Source: an uncultured Gemmatimonadales bacterium
GTDB taxonomy: Bacteria; Gemmatimonadota; Gemmatimonadetes; Gemmatimonadales; Gemmatimonadaceae
Reading direction: 5' to 3'
Length of the DNA stretch: 64,000 nucleotides
NCBI GenBank assembly: GCA_963701965.1
Contig: OY969695.1
Span: 4,672,001-4,736,000, forward strand
The notes under the pieces: model-generated
The model's database searches: none
Seen by the model: only the letters and a program-made list of their open reading frames with translations
What the model was told of the DNA's origin: nothing
Program-made: the position numbers and the translations under genes
In this document: in pieces, positions 10,167 through 21,176 of the stretch
How positions within the stretch are numbered: position 1 is the first letter of the stretch
How the letters are laid out: each line of letters starts with the position of its first letter

Positions 10167-11375
10167 ATGACGACACTCGCGACTCCAACATCCGAGTTCC
10201 GCGAAGCGACGAGTGCGCCGGTCTCTCCTCCGCGCCAGCGCCTCGATTCGGTCGACCTCCTGCGCGGCGTGATCATGATCGTTATGGCGCTCGATCACAC
10301 GCGCGATTTCATCGCCGTGCCGGTCGATCCTACCGATCTCGCCCACACGACGGTCTTGCTCTTCTTCACGCGCTGGATCACGCACTTCTGCGCGCCGGTG
10401 TTCTTCTTGCTGACCGGGACCGGCGCTGCTCTCTCGCTCCGCCAGAAATCCAAACGCGAGCTGTCCCGATTCCTGGTCACGCGCGGTCTCTGGGTGATCG
10501 TCCTCGATCTCACGCTCTTCCGATGCTTCGGGTTTCAGTTCACAGTCGACTACCGCGTGACCTTGCTGAACCCCTTGTGGGCGCTCGGCTGGTCAATGGT
10601 CGTGCTGTCGGCGCTCGTCTATGTCCCCACGGCGGTGGTCAGCACTATCGGACTCGTGATGATCGCCGGTCATAATGCACTCGATCCCATTCAGTCGGCG
10701 AACCCACTCTGGGCCGTGTTGCACGCCCCCGGGTTCATTTGGAAGACATCGAGTCACGCCGTGTTCGTCGCCTACGTCCTGATTCCATGGGTCGGCGTCA
10801 CGGCTGTCGGGTACGGTCTGGGCCAGGTGTTCGCGTGGGCTGCGCCCCGGCGGCGTTCGTTCCTCCTGCGGACTGGCCTCGCGGTGACGGCCGCCTTCGT
10901 GGTCCTTCGCGCGAGCAATCGTTACGGCGACCCATCGTCCTGGACGAGGGAGAAATCGGCGGTGTTCACGGCGCTGTCATTCCTCAACACCAACAAATAC
11001 CCACCGTCCCTGCTATACCTGCTCATGACACTCGGCCCCGCACTCGTCCTCTTGTGGGCCCTGGACGGCCGAACGCCCCGCGTGTTGCGCCCCGCGCTCA
11101 TCTTCGGCCGGGTACCATTGCTCTATTACCTGGCCCACGTACCGCTGATTCATCTCGTGGCAATCCTCATCTGCTACACGCGCTACGGCCAGGTGCATTG
11201 GATGTTCGAACCGACCCTCGACAATTTCCTCATGACCACGCCGCCCGGGTGGGGATACTCCTTGCCGATCGTCTACGCGATCTGGGCCCTGGTCGTCGTC
11301 GCGCTCTACCCGCTGTGCCGGTGGTTTGCCGAAGTGAAGCAACGCCGGAACGATGCCTGGCTCGGTTATCTCTGA
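10167..11375 (+). CDS. DUF1624 / heparan-alpha-glucosaminide N-acetyltransferase-like membrane protein
   Basis: RLDSVDLLRG..MALDHTRD, TRWITHFCAPVFF, KYPPSL. Confidence 0.88.
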   Translation: MTTLATPTSEFREATSAPVSPPRQRLDSVDLLRGVIMIVMALDHTRDFIAVPVDPTDLAHTTVLLFFTRWITHFCAPVFFLLTGTGAALSLRQKSKRELSRFLVTRGLWVIVLDLTLFRCFGFQFTVDYRVTLLNPLWALGWSMVVLSALVYVPTAVVSTIGLVMIAGHNALDPIQSANPLWAVLHAPGFIWKTSSHAVFVAYVLIPWVGVTAVGYGLGQVFAWAAPRRRSFLLRTGLAVTAAFVVLRASNRYGDPSSWTREKSAVFTALSFLNTNKYPPSLLYLLMTLGPALVLLWALDGRTPRVLRPALIFGRVPLLYYLAHVPLIHLVAILICYTRYGQVHWMFEPTLDNFLMTTPPGWGYSLPIVYAIWALVVVALYPLCRWFAEVKQRRNDAWLGYL

Positions 11376-11448
11376 GCTGACGCCGCGGCGCTGGGCTGAG
11401 AGTTCCCCGCGTTGACGATGAGTCGCTCGCACAGGTGGCCGATGCCCA

Positions 11449-11712
11449 CTAACCGCGTCGGCGTGGCGCCAGCGTGTGTAGGGGTGCGTACCACGGCCCA
11501 AGGGCGCCGCATCGATCGCCTGTTGCCCGTACAGTCACCGCGTCTTTGCGACCGAGCAGGTCGAAGAGCCGGGCGAGCCCGTGCCGCTCCGTTTGGCGCA
11601 CGAGGTCCAGCTCGCCGGCGTCCAGCTTCGCGCGGTGCGCCTTGATCAGTTCGGCGTCCAGCTTGTGGAAGTATTCGTCCTCATTCCGGCTGGGCTTCTG
11701 TTCGCTCAGCAT
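11449..11712 (-). pseudogene. zf-TFIIB-type small protein lacking its zinc ribbon
   Basis: KPSRNEDEYF N-terminus joins directly to LDAGELDL. The CxxC pairs I expect between them are absent. Confidence 0.6.
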
Positions 11713-12080
11713 ACGCGCCTCGCGGGCCGGCAGGGGATGCCACGCTGACGCATCCCCCGCGTGCCATGTTTCAACACAAACGACCGTACCGCCAAGCGGT
11801 CATAGGCGTACGCCGGACCGTTGTTGCACTGTCTTCCCGTAGACGTGGCACGGGCGAGTCGTGGCCGCGCCGGCCAGGGACAGAGGGTGTGCGTGACGAT
11901 CGCGTTCGGCCCGTGAGTGGCCAGCCGACGCTCGGATCCTCCCTATCGGACAAGCCCGTTGTCGGTGACGATCACGCTGTTGCGTGCCGTCTTTAAGGGG
12001 CCGTCACGGCTGCGCCGTCACTTCGGATGCGCGGGACGCACATGTGCGTGGTGAACTCCCGGCGGAAAACCCACGCAACA

Positions 12081-12291
12081 TCACGTCTGCTCGGTAAGCC
12101 GTGGTTTGCCGAGGATATTCATGGCGATAGGAATCGTCGTGACTGCGCCGACGGCGACCAGTGTCCAGCCGGCCCTGCCGCGCATCGTGGCTGAGCTTAT
12201 CGCCAATCAACAGACCCAAGCCTGCACCGAGGACAATACGCGTCCCGACGATCACCATGATCTCAGGCATCGTAAAGGTTCATTCTCCCAA
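12081..12291 (-). pseudogene. Small two-helix membrane protein with in-frame stop and frameshift
   Basis: GTRIVLGAGLGLLIGDKL continues in another frame as AGWTLVAVGAVTTIPIA. TGA lies in the 4th codon after TTG. Confidence 0.6.
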
Positions 12292-12430
12292 CGGACCCGC
12301 GTTCGTCGTGTTGGTGAACCTCTAGCGAAACTCATCGATGTTCGGCATCGTTACGATCGATCATCGGTGGGCGGCCGTTGCAGTGAGCATTCCGTCGGAA
12401 ACCTGGACTCGATCATCACGGACACTGCAC

Positions 12431-12904
12431 ATGCGAAATGACCTCAAGGTGGCCGTTCGGTCCCTGTCGCGCGCGAAGGGTCTGACGATCACGGTTGTCC
12501 TGACGCTCGCCCTCGGCATCGGCGCGAACGCGGCGATCTTCACGCTCGTCCACGGTGTGCGCCTTCGTCCACTCGTGAACCGGGACGAGAATCGCCTCAT
12601 CTACATTCGCCAGAGCGCCCCCGGACTCGGTACCGAAAACACCAACTTCTCCGTTCCGGAGCTCAAGGATATCGAAGCCGGCGTGCACGCGATCGACGCG
12701 TTCGGCGACTTCTCGCAGATCGACTTCGTGATGGTGGGGCTCGGCGAGCCGCGCGAAGTCCGGGCCGGCGTCGACCCGAAGATGCCGAGTCCGCCGCCGG
12801 TCGCGGCATCGGCGCTCGTTCTTCTGGCGGCGGCAGTCGCCGCGTCGGTGCTCGCCGCTCGCGCGGCGCGCGTCGACGTCATCCAGGCCTTGCACTCGGA
12901 GTAG
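12431..12904 (+). pseudogene. ADOP/MacB-like ABC permease with internal deletion
   Basis: N-terminus DLKVAVRSL..TLALGIGANAAIF joined to C-terminus ARAARVDVIQALHSE in only 157 aa. Confidence 0.85.
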
Positions 12905-12910
12905 GTCACC

Positions 12911-13630
12911 ATGAGTGGCGATCACCACGACGCCCACCCCCACGCCATGCCGTCACTGCTGTCGCTCGCGGCGGTCTACACGCTCCTAGTCATCGCGAGC
13001 GTGGCGGCGATCGCGTTCCTGCGACGCGATACCGCCCTGAGTGGCATGGTTGCGCTGAATCCATTCGGACCAGCCGAAGTCGCGCGTAACTTTTTCGCGG
13101 CGAACCCGGAAGCCATCCGCGTCAGCGCCTTCTTTTGCTTCGCCTCGGCGATCCCGTTGGCGATGTACACGGCGACCATCGTTGCCCGCCTCCAACTCCT
13201 GGGGTCTCGGCACGCCGGAGCGTACACCGCATTCGCCGGCGGATTGGTCGCGTCCGGCGGTCTGGCGGCCGCGGGCCTCTTCCTCTGGGTGTTGTCGGTT
13301 CCTGAGGCCAGTGCGTCGGTGCCCGTCGCTCGCGCGCTGCATTTCCTGGTCTTTCTCTGTGGCGGACCTGCCTTCGCGGTTGGACTGGGCCTGCTGGCTG
13401 GGGGTGTCTCGGTGTCCGGTCACTTTGCGCGCCTGTTGCCAGAGTGGGTCGTCTGGCTCGGTCTCGTGATCGCGGCCGCCGGCGCGCTGTCGGCGTTCGG
13501 CTTGCTGAGCCTACCCATGACAGTCGCCATTCCTGTCACGCGCGTCGGCGGCTTCGGCTGGCTACTCGCCGCGGGGATGTTCATACCCCCGCTTGGTATG
13601 GCGCCGCGCAAGGAACTTGGCACTACCTAG
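12911..13630 (+). CDS. Integral membrane protein (DUF4386-like)
   Basis: 239 aa with about 6 hydrophobic helices. Confidence 0.65.
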   Translation: MSGDHHDAHPHAMPSLLSLAAVYTLLVIASVAAIAFLRRDTALSGMVALNPFGPAEVARNFFAANPEAIRVSAFFCFASAIPLAMYTATIVARLQLLGSRHAGAYTAFAGGLVASGGLAAAGLFLWVLSVPEASASVPVARALHFLVFLCGGPAFAVGLGLLAGGVSVSGHFARLLPEWVVWLGLVIAAAGALSAFGLLSLPMTVAIPVTRVGGFGWLLAAGMFIPPLGMAPRKELGTT

Positions 13631-13643
13631 GTTCCATGTCGCG

Positions 13644-13735
13644 TCGAGGCGGTGCTCGTGACCAACAACGCCGCCGACTTCCGGCGTCTTCGCCGTCACA
13701 TCCGCGTGTGCGCCGTCCCGCCGTTTCCGGCCGGG
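13644..13735 (+). pseudogene. 3' remnant of a VapC/PIN toxin
   Basis: AVLVTNNAADFRRLRRHIRVCAVPPFPA matches the C-terminus of 17034-17459. Confidence 0.85.
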
Positions 13736-13839
13736 GGTGGACGTTGGGAACGGTGATCATGCTCGTCGCGTTCATCCCACGACTACCGGTGATCGAGTAC
13801 GCGAGGCGAATCAGCCAATAACAGACACGCTGTACCTCT

Positions 13840-14331
13840 TTGAAAACGCGGCAGAGACGCAATGGTGTGCGCTCCGCGACGAACATCAGTGGAAGAACCA
13901 CGGTTGAGGCGCAGAGGCTCACGACCTGGGGAAAGGTGTTCTTCTCGGACGGCAATCCATTGTGGATGGACTCGGTTCAAGATGATGATCCTGGCGCGGG
14001 CGATTGGTCTATCGTCGACCATTATTATTGCGATCAAGACCTGCGTCTGACCGAGCTGGCGAGAACGATCAATGTCTTGCCGGGTGATCGATCGGTGGCG
14101 AGTGTCTATGCGATCGCCGGCGGCCGGGCGCGGCCGGTGATGACGACGACGGCTGAATTGAGAACTGGAAAGCCCGCGGTGTTACCTGATGATGGGTGGC
14201 TCCCGGACCTACCGATCGTGTCGGACGCCAAGGCGTTCCCGTTTGTCGCGCTCTTGCGACGCCCGTCCGCGCCGACCCACGCCTTGTCGTGCGTTAAGGC
14301 AAATCGAACGAAGGACCGCTCCAGCGGGTAG
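13840..14331 (+). pseudogene. Hypothetical protein with degraded 5' end, paralog of 22201-22566
   Basis: Shares GAGDWSIVDxYYCDQDLRLTxLARTINVLPGD. Upstream part has a stop and a frameshift. Confidence 0.6.
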
Positions 14332-14370
14332 CCTGGTGCCGATCACAACCCGCGCTCCGGCAAGCTCAGC

Positions 14371-14618
14371 ATGGCCTATGCACAGCATTCGCGCGTGAAA
14401 CGCGAACTCGCCGGATGCGCCCGCGCCAAAGCGGGCGACGCGCAGGCCGTTGTCGCCAACGCGCTCGAGGGTGGGGTCGATGCTCTGCGTACCGGTGTCA
14501 CGCGGGGCCCGGGCGTCGCGCTGGCGAAGCGGGCGTCAAGGCAGCTCGAGGCCGCCGCCTATCGACTGCGAGAAGACGATCTCCTGGAGGCGCTGGAGGC
14601 GTTGGCCGCGAAGATTCG
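14371..14618 (+). pseudogene. Hypothetical protein, 3' truncated, paralog of 22608-22955
   Basis: Homology to copy 2 ends at EALAAKIR. Confidence 0.55.
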
Positions 14619-15998
14619 CTGCCACGGATGCGCAGACCCCGCAGACGCCGGCCCCCACATTGCTTGTCCGGTTATCTGGCCGCACACGACCAGCGGCTGT
14701 CCGGAGTCAGGCGTCACTCGCCGCGGCGATTGAGGATACCGACGTACATGGTCAATGATGAGATTGGCGTAGTACGCACCAGACTTGATGTTGGGGGCAA
14801 GATCCGGGATGCTGTCAAAATCATCGTCCACAACGCCAATGGTGGTCATTGTGTCTCCAACGGAGCAGCCCCAGGCAAGTGGTGCGGCAACCGCGGTAGG
14901 TCCCCAATTGAGACCTGCTGCGTCAGCGGGGTTTAGAGGCCACGAGGTAAAGCCGGTACTGTCGGTCGGCCGCAAATAGTTCGACATGGGACCACCAGGC
15001 ACATCGAGCGTTACCCCGTCCACGCCTGGCTGCTGTTGCATAACAGACATTGCGTGGACGACTTCTGCGCTACTGTGACCGCCTTTTCGTACTGGAATGC
15101 GAATGTAGTAGTCCCCTACAGAACCTCCAATGACGATGCCATTGATCGCGTCGATTGCTGCCTGACGATCCTCCATTGACGCCGAGGTCTTGAACCTGAC
15201 GAGAAGCTTGTCTCGTGCATATGGCGACGCCCGACCACCGGCAAAGTGTGACGAGTCGACTGACTCCCGAATGATCGAATCAGGCGTCGAATGCGGTGGT
15301 GCTCGAGGCACGGTGAAAATCCACACGCCCCCTGCGTGTACGGTGAGCCGCAAGTTAGTAGCGGAGCGTGGAATCACGATCCGAAGTGAGCGCGATGGTG
15401 AGGTCGCACCTACGGCAAGCGCCGTAGTATCGGAACGGCTCGTCGCGTTCGACGCTGTGGTGAGGCATCTCATCGCCGCTCGACTACCCGCCTGCGTGAC
15501 GAAATCGCCGGCGTGTAGTTCGGACAGCGCAAAACGCAGCGCACTGCCGTTCGGTGAACCGGTGACGATTGCGCTGTCAGATCGGAAGGACAGGGATAGC
15601 GGTCCGTGGAGACGGAGTCGCCCTGGATTGCGAATGGCCAATGTAAGCATTAGGGTCGAGTCCTGACTCCCCCGCTGGACCCGAAGAACGACAGGGGCGA
15701 TCGGACCGCACGATTGAGTGGCGACCGGAGCTATGGACGGGCTAGCCCCACTGAGCGAGATGTCGAAAGTCGCGCACCCGTGAACAAGCTGGGGCGGCGG
15801 TACTTGAGAATCGGTCGCGGCCTGTTCTCTTGGCGCCACGAGATGTGAGAGCGAATCACTGCACGCCAAGACGCACAATAAGGCAGCTAGCATGCTCTTT
15901 CTCCGGTCCAGAAGTCCCTGCGGCGATCCGTGCATGGCGGCGTTCTCCGGTCGAAGTGCGTCGAGGCGCCGCACACCAATCGGTGGCGGCAGGCCCAC
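14559..15998 (-). pseudogene. Subtilase (S8)-like exported protease, N-terminal part only
   Basis: Lipobox-like VLAC, propeptide-like KLLVRFKTSAS..IDAINGIVI, then NWG..APLAW..IGVVDDDFD (catalytic Asp region). No His or Ser motifs follow. Confidence 0.65.
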
Positions 15999-16113
15999 GA
16001 CGATCTCGGTCCGAAGGCAGTGCTACAAGTGTGTTATTGGGCAGACTGTAGTCAAGTACGAACGAACGTGTTGTCATGTGCCCGGCCAGGTCTGTTTCAT
16101 TGTGGCCCGTGGC
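15982..16113 (-). repeat. 132-bp conserved upstream block, copy 1
   Basis: Matches 20534-20665 without gaps; 8 mismatches counted by eye. Confidence 0.92.
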
Positions 16114-16670
16114 GATAGGTACTCTAGGATCGCATTGGTGAGCGATCACCACGTTCGATACGGGATTTGCGAATCCTCAACATTGGAACCGGGGACGCGC
16201 GCATTGAGGAGAAATCGAATCGCCGTCCGGGATGCGGGGCGGTCACTACATGGGCCAACTACGACGCGGAGCGTTTCATCCAACACATTCCCAGGGTGGA
16301 AATTCGTCATCCTTGAGGCGAAAGCAGATGTACGGTATCACCTTCGTGGCCGTCGCGCGAAACCCGCAACTGGCTGCGGATGTTCTGTATCCGCGCTATG
16401 CCTCGCTCGAGGCGTTCTTGACAGGCGCCGAAGTCCGCGTCGCCTCTCATTGATCGGTCGTGGCTGGCCGGCATCCAATCGGGATCTCGCGCCACCCGGA
16501 GGTCGCGATATTCTCTGTAGGCGTTGACGTATGCCTCGGAAGCGGCAACCGCCTGGAACACCATCGCGCGCTGAGGTTGTGCTCTTTCAGGCGCGGTCCA
16601 CGGGGACTCATCGAAGCGCATGCCCGTGCGATTCGGCCGGGCCAATGACGCGCCCGCGCATGGCGTGGAC

Positions 16671-16701
16671 GTATGATACCGCTATATTGTACATATCATA
16701 C
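16671..16701 (+). promoter_or_regulatory. Operator and promoter of the second vapBC
   Basis: Inverted repeat GTATGATA-N15-TATCATAC around TATATT, in an AT-rich patch 30 nt before the antitoxin. Confidence 0.65.
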
Positions 16702-16730
16702 AGCTGGCACTGTGCCCGGGGGATTTCCGA

Positions 16731-16988
16731 ATGCCTATGCGCACCAAGTCGAAAACCAGAGCCGCGGCCGGCATCCCTCGCTTGGCTGGCACACCGGCCG
16801 GGCGCAAGAAGACCCTTCGGCTCGACCAGGACCTGTTGGACCGCGCTCGGCGTGCGCTCGGTGCTCGCACGGAAACCGACGCGGTGACAAGGGCCCTGGA
16901 AGCGGTCGTTCGCCGTGAGCAGCAAGTGCAAGGGTTGCGCACGCTGGCAGCGCTGGGACCGATCAATGCGGCGCGGATCGTCGACTGA
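16731..16988 (+). CDS. vapB: VapB-like ribbon-helix-helix antitoxin
   Basis: KKTLRLDQDLLDRARRALGARTETDAVTRAL, upstream of a PIN gene. Confidence 0.82.
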   Translation: MPMRTKSKTRAAAGIPRLAGTPAGRKKTLRLDQDLLDRARRALGARTETDAVTRALEAVVRREQQVQGLRTLAALGPINAARIVD

Positions 16989-17033
16989 TGACGTGGCTGG
17001 TGGCCGTCTCTCGATCCCTCTGACCACATCGCC

Positions 17034-17459
17034 GTGCCTGCGTACGTGGCCGACACGAACCTCTATATTGCGGCCGCCAACGACAGTGCGTTCAGAGTTC
17101 GTTTCGAGCAGTTCGTCCAGAGTCACGGCCCGTTGCTCGTCAGCGTCGTGGCGGTCGCCGAGGTACTGATCGGCGTCCCGGACACTGCGCGCCATGCGGC
17201 CGTGGTTCGCGCGCTGAGCGCCGGCGCCGAGATTGTGGCGCCGACTGCCGATGACTGGGTGGTTGCCGGTGCTACCCTTGCGCGCCTCGGTGGTGAGGGC
17301 GTCACGAAGGGGCGGTCGTTCTGGAACGACGCGTTGCTGGCGGCCCAGTGCGCTCGCCTCAGGGCAGTGCTCGTGACAAACAACGCTGCCGATTTCCGGC
17401 GTCTTCGTCGCTACATCGGCGTGCGCGCTGTCCCGCCATTCCCGGCCGCTGCGCGCTGA
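17034..17459 (+). CDS. vapC: VapC family PIN-domain toxin
   Basis: YVADTNLYI, VAEVLIG, NDALLAA, LVTNNAADF. Confidence 0.88.
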   Translation: MPAYVADTNLYIAAANDSAFRVRFEQFVQSHGPLLVSVVAVAEVLIGVPDTARHAAVVRALSAGAEIVAPTADDWVVAGATLARLGGEGVTKGRSFWNDALLAAQCARLRAVLVTNNAADFRRLRRYIGVRAVPPFPAAAR

Positions 17460-17639
17460 CGCTTTCTCAAAGCAAGCTTCCCCAAGGCAAGCATCGGTAT
17501 CCTTCCTGCGACCATGCCGCCCTGATCGCTTTCCGATCTCTAGATCCAATAGCGCGACATCGTGTGCGCCAAGGGCGGAGTAGGCCATCTATGATGGCTG
17601 CGAGTTCGCCGCGATGGACCAGCATCGTGCCAAATACTG

Positions 17640-17671
17640 AGGGCCCAGCGGTGTCAGCCGCTGGGCCCTTT
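17640..17671. terminator. Hairpin/terminator between converging genes
   Basis: agggcccagcgg-tgtcag-ccgctgggccct followed by tt. Confidence 0.7.
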
Positions 17672-17685
17672 GCCGCGAAGGGGAC

Positions 17686-19107
17686 TCATTCGCCCTTGGC
17701 TGGCTGTCCTGGAGCGGGCAGGCTCGATACCGGCACCCCCGTCGGGCCGTGATCATAGTCCTGCACGCTCGAGATATTCGGCATGCCGTAGTCGCGCCCG
17801 TTCCATCCGTTGAAGCCGTCCATGTGGAACAGCCAGAGACCCGTCCGCATGTCCGAGATCGCGATCAGCCCGTCGTAGTTCCGCACATCCACCCCAAACG
17901 CTCCCTGCTCGACGCTCGGTACCATCGTGTGCCAGCCATTGCTGGGACTTCCGCCGAAGCCATCCTCGTGCTGGCATTCGCAGGTAAAGAAGTGGCCTTC
18001 GGTCTTCGGGTGTTTCGGATCCTTGAGGCTGAAGACTTGGAGTCCATCTTCATACGCTGAGACGAACACGAACGGCCAGCGCACCTCGTGATTGTGCGCG
18101 AGATCGTGCCAGTCCGCCGCCCAGGCGCTGATCGGCACGTCGATATTCTGCCGCTTGCCCCCTTGCGCCTCCGTCAGGTCCCAGATGCGCAACGGCGTGT
18201 ACTGATATTCCGTCTCCGTTACGGCGTACTTCCCATCGGGCGACGGCGTGAACGTGTGCGCGATATCTTGGCCGAAGGACGTGATCGTGAAGAGTTGCTG
18301 CGGCTTGTCGGGGTGCGTGACATCCCAGGCGGAAAAGCCGCCGAGGCCTGCCCCGTAAAACTTGTCCTGATGGGTCGCCGGATCGTACGCGATATAGAAG
18401 TCGTGATACATCCCGCCAAAGAACTGCGGATTGGGTGTCGAATTCGGCACCTCGCCGACGATCCACGTGCTCGTGTCGGCGCCGCTCAAGATCTTCGAGA
18501 GGTCCCAGATGACCGCTTTCTTGTCGCTCACGGTCGTGAAGTACAGCACGCGACCGTCCGAATGCTTGTACACGAACGTGTTGTGAAAGCCGCCGAGACC
18601 GGTCGTTTTTCCATAACGGACGCGGGCGACGATTTTCACCTTGTTCGGATCCGGCAGGCCGGTCACGTCGAAGATCACGGCGCCGAGGTCCGCATCGGGG
18701 CTGCCCTGCGCGAACTGAAACGACTGGGCGTAGTAGTAGCGATTGCCGATCTTGAAGTACTTGCCATCCAGGGCGCCCAGTCCACGATGCAGCTCGGCGT
18801 TCTCGATGGTCCAGTCGTAGATCTTCTTCGGGCTCGCGGGACTGCCGACGTCGTAGATCTGCGCGTCGAAGTTCACGAATCCCGAGATGTACGCGTACGG
18901 GCGTCCCCGATCCTGTTCGATCTCGACATTCGCCGCATTCCAGCGCGCCCCGGGATGCGTGACGATGCGCGAGAGCGCGTGAATGTTCGCGCTGCCACCA
19001 CGTTTGGCCGCTTCGTCCGGCACCATCATCCCGGGGTCCTGCGCTCGCGCGACACCGGCCGCAATGCTGAACAGGAAAACCACGCGCCACGTAGCGCCTC
19101 GCCCCAT
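17686..19107 (-). CDS. Secreted LVIVD-repeat beta-propeller protein
   Basis: Signal peptide, repeated (I/W/F)DV-x-x-P motifs, His motifs FHN, YHD, AHT and AHNHEV, AYEDGLQVF. Confidence 0.8.
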   Translation of the reverse strand: MGRGATWRVVFLFSIAAGVARAQDPGMMVPDEAAKRGGSANIHALSRIVTHPGARWNAANVEIEQDRGRPYAYISGFVNFDAQIYDVGSPASPKKIYDWTIENAELHRGLGALDGKYFKIGNRYYYAQSFQFAQGSPDADLGAVIFDVTGLPDPNKVKIVARVRYGKTTGLGGFHNTFVYKHSDGRVLYFTTVSDKKAVIWDLSKILSGADTSTWIVGEVPNSTPNPQFFGGMYHDFYIAYDPATHQDKFYGAGLGGFSAWDVTHPDKPQQLFTITSFGQDIAHTFTPSPDGKYAVTETEYQYTPLRIWDLTEAQGGKRQNIDVPISAWAADWHDLAHNHEVRWPFVFVSAYEDGLQVFSLKDPKHPKTEGHFFTCECQHEDGFGGSPSNGWHTMVPSVEQGAFGVDVRNYDGLIAISDMRTGLWLFHMDGFNGWNGRDYGMPNISSVQDYDHGPTGVPVSSLPAPGQPAKGE

Positions 19108-19232
19108 CGTATCCTCGCCAGGTCAGGTTTCGGGGAAAGGTGGGCAACGGCCGCGATTCCGGCTAGTCTCCACGCGAGCCAAGGGTGATTGTCCTTGGAA
19201 GTGGACACGACAGTGACCAACGCGGACCGACG

Positions 19233-19382
19233 ATGCCCGTGGGGATTGATCTCGCGGTGCTGGTCTTACTCGCAGCCAGCGCATGTTCGCCGGACTATCG
19301 CGGCGACACGGTCAGTCTCGAGACCACTCCGTTCGCCATTGCCGACCAGACGGTGCGATTGACGGCATCGTCCGGCATTCCA
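19233..19382 (+). pseudogene. N-terminal remnant of a lipoprotein
   Basis: MPVGIDLAVLVLLAASAC lipobox; runs into the truncated S8 copy on the opposite strand. Confidence 0.4.
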
Positions 19383-20550
19383 GCCAATCTTGGTCAACGT
19401 GTCCCCGACCGAGCCGCCCCACGCGAGTGGCGCAGCAACCGCACTCAGCCCCCCAGTTGATACCTGCCGCATTTGCCGGGTTGAGTTGCCACGACGTGAA
19501 TCCCGTGCCATCGCTCGGTCGCAGGTAGTTCGGCATCGGTCCACCTGGTACGTCGATGTTCGCGCGGTCCACGCCAGGTTGTTGACGGATGACCCGCAGT
19601 GCTTGCGTGACGGTCGCGCTGCTTCTGACGCCCTTCGGCACTGGAATACGAACGTAGTAGTCACCGAGTGCCCCACCGATTACCGTGCCGCCAACGGCAT
19701 CGATGGCCGCTTGACGGTCTTCCATGGACGCCGTCCGCTGGAATGTCACAAAGATCTTATCACGCGCCAACCGCCTCGATGCCGGACCCGTCAAGTACGA
19801 CGTATCACGGCCCTCCTTAATGATCGAGTCTGGCGTGGAACGTGGAGCGAGACGTGGGACCGTGAAGACATACGTGCCCTGTGCGTGTATTGTCAGACGG
19901 AGATCTGTGGCCGTCTTTGGCATCGACACCACGACGACTCGTGAAGGCGTCGTTGAACCCACGGGCAGTGCCGCAGTGTCAACGTGCACGTTGGACGGGC
20001 GACTCGGGATCGCATTGAGGGCCAGGTGCGCCCGGCTGCCGTCGGCAGTCACCGTATCGCCGTCAGTCACCCGGGGGAGCCGAAAGCGCACCGCAACTGC
20101 CTGCGTCGGGGCCAGGACGACGGCGCTATCAGACCGGAGGGACAGCGTCAGATGTCCGTGAAGGCGTAGACGACCCGGATTCCGAATGGCCACGACGAGG
20201 TTCAGTGTGCCCCAGTTTTGGCCCGCGACCCGTACGCGCATCAACACCGGAGCAATCGGCCCACAGGACACGTTACTGACGGGTGTAACGGAGGCCTTTG
20301 AATCCTTGAGTGAAATGTCAAACGTCGCACACCCGTGAACGAGTTGCGGCGGAGGTATCTCTGAATCACCGGCTGCGGGCTGTCTTGGCGCTACGAGGGG
20401 GGATAGCGCGTCGCTACATGCCACGACGCAAAGCAGTGCAACGAGCATACGCGTCCTCCGGGCCAGAAGCCCTCGCAGCGACATCCGCAGGGCGTTTCTC
20501 CGGTCGAGTGGCGTTGGAACACCGCGCACCAACGGTGGCGGCAGGCCCAC
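19383..20550 (-). pseudogene. Subtilase-like protease paralog 2, frameshifted and truncated
   Basis: Paralog of 14559-15998. INWG shifts frame to LSAVAAPLAWGGSVGDTLTKIG, then homology ends. Confidence 0.65.
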
Positions 20551-20665
20551 GACGATCTCGGTCCGAAGGCAGTGCTACAAGGGTGTTGTTGGGCAGACGG
20601 TAGTCAAGTACGGACGAACGTGTTGTCACGTGCCCGGTCAGGTCTGTTTCATCGTGACCCGTGGC
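20534..20665 (-). repeat. 132-bp conserved upstream block, copy 2
   Basis: Matches 15982-16113. Confidence 0.92.
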
Positions 20666-21176
20666 ATTGATTACGTGAAGGGGTCGCTCTTGATTCGTGC
20701 GGTCCGTGTGTTGAACGCGGATAGTCCGTGGCCAACGTACAGTGGCGCACTATACAGCGGTGCGCAGACTTAACAGACATTGCAATTCGGCAAGGTCACG
20801 CTGCGGTTCGAAGAATTCGTTCGTAAACACGGGCCTTAGCGCGGCGCCAACACGAAGCGGACGGCGGAAGGGGCCAGGCGCTGCTCGCCCAATGCCACCG
20901 CTTTGGCCACCGGTCATCCCTCCGGCCAGGTTTCACCCTTCTTCGGCATGCACACTTTGGCCGCGCCTGGTGTGCAGAGTGGGCAGATTCCTTCTGATTG
21001 GCGGTTGGTACGCGCCGCTCGAATTCGCGCGTCACGTCCGGCCAGAAGTGCGCGAGGACGATGCCTTGTCCTTGGATCGCCGGATCATTCGGGCCGGCGG
21101 CGTCTCTGACCCTGGAGCGCTCGAGGATGTAGCGACTGGGTTGGTCGAACATGGCTTGGAGGCCGTAGTCCCGGCG

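Larger units (their letters stand above)
13644..14618 (+). repeat. Segmental duplication copy 1: PIN-toxin 3' remnant plus two hypothetical genes
   Basis: Aligns by eye with 22012-22855. Confidence 0.92.

Noticed and set aside
16140..16660. Short ORFs 16232-16453 (+) and 16307-16645 (-)
   Set aside because: They overlap each other and have no recognisable family or RBS; probably gene debris.
20670..21176. ncRNA or gene in the unexplained gap
   Set aside because: No recognisable RNA motif; the ORFs lack convincing features and there is only a short palindrome at 20746-20766.
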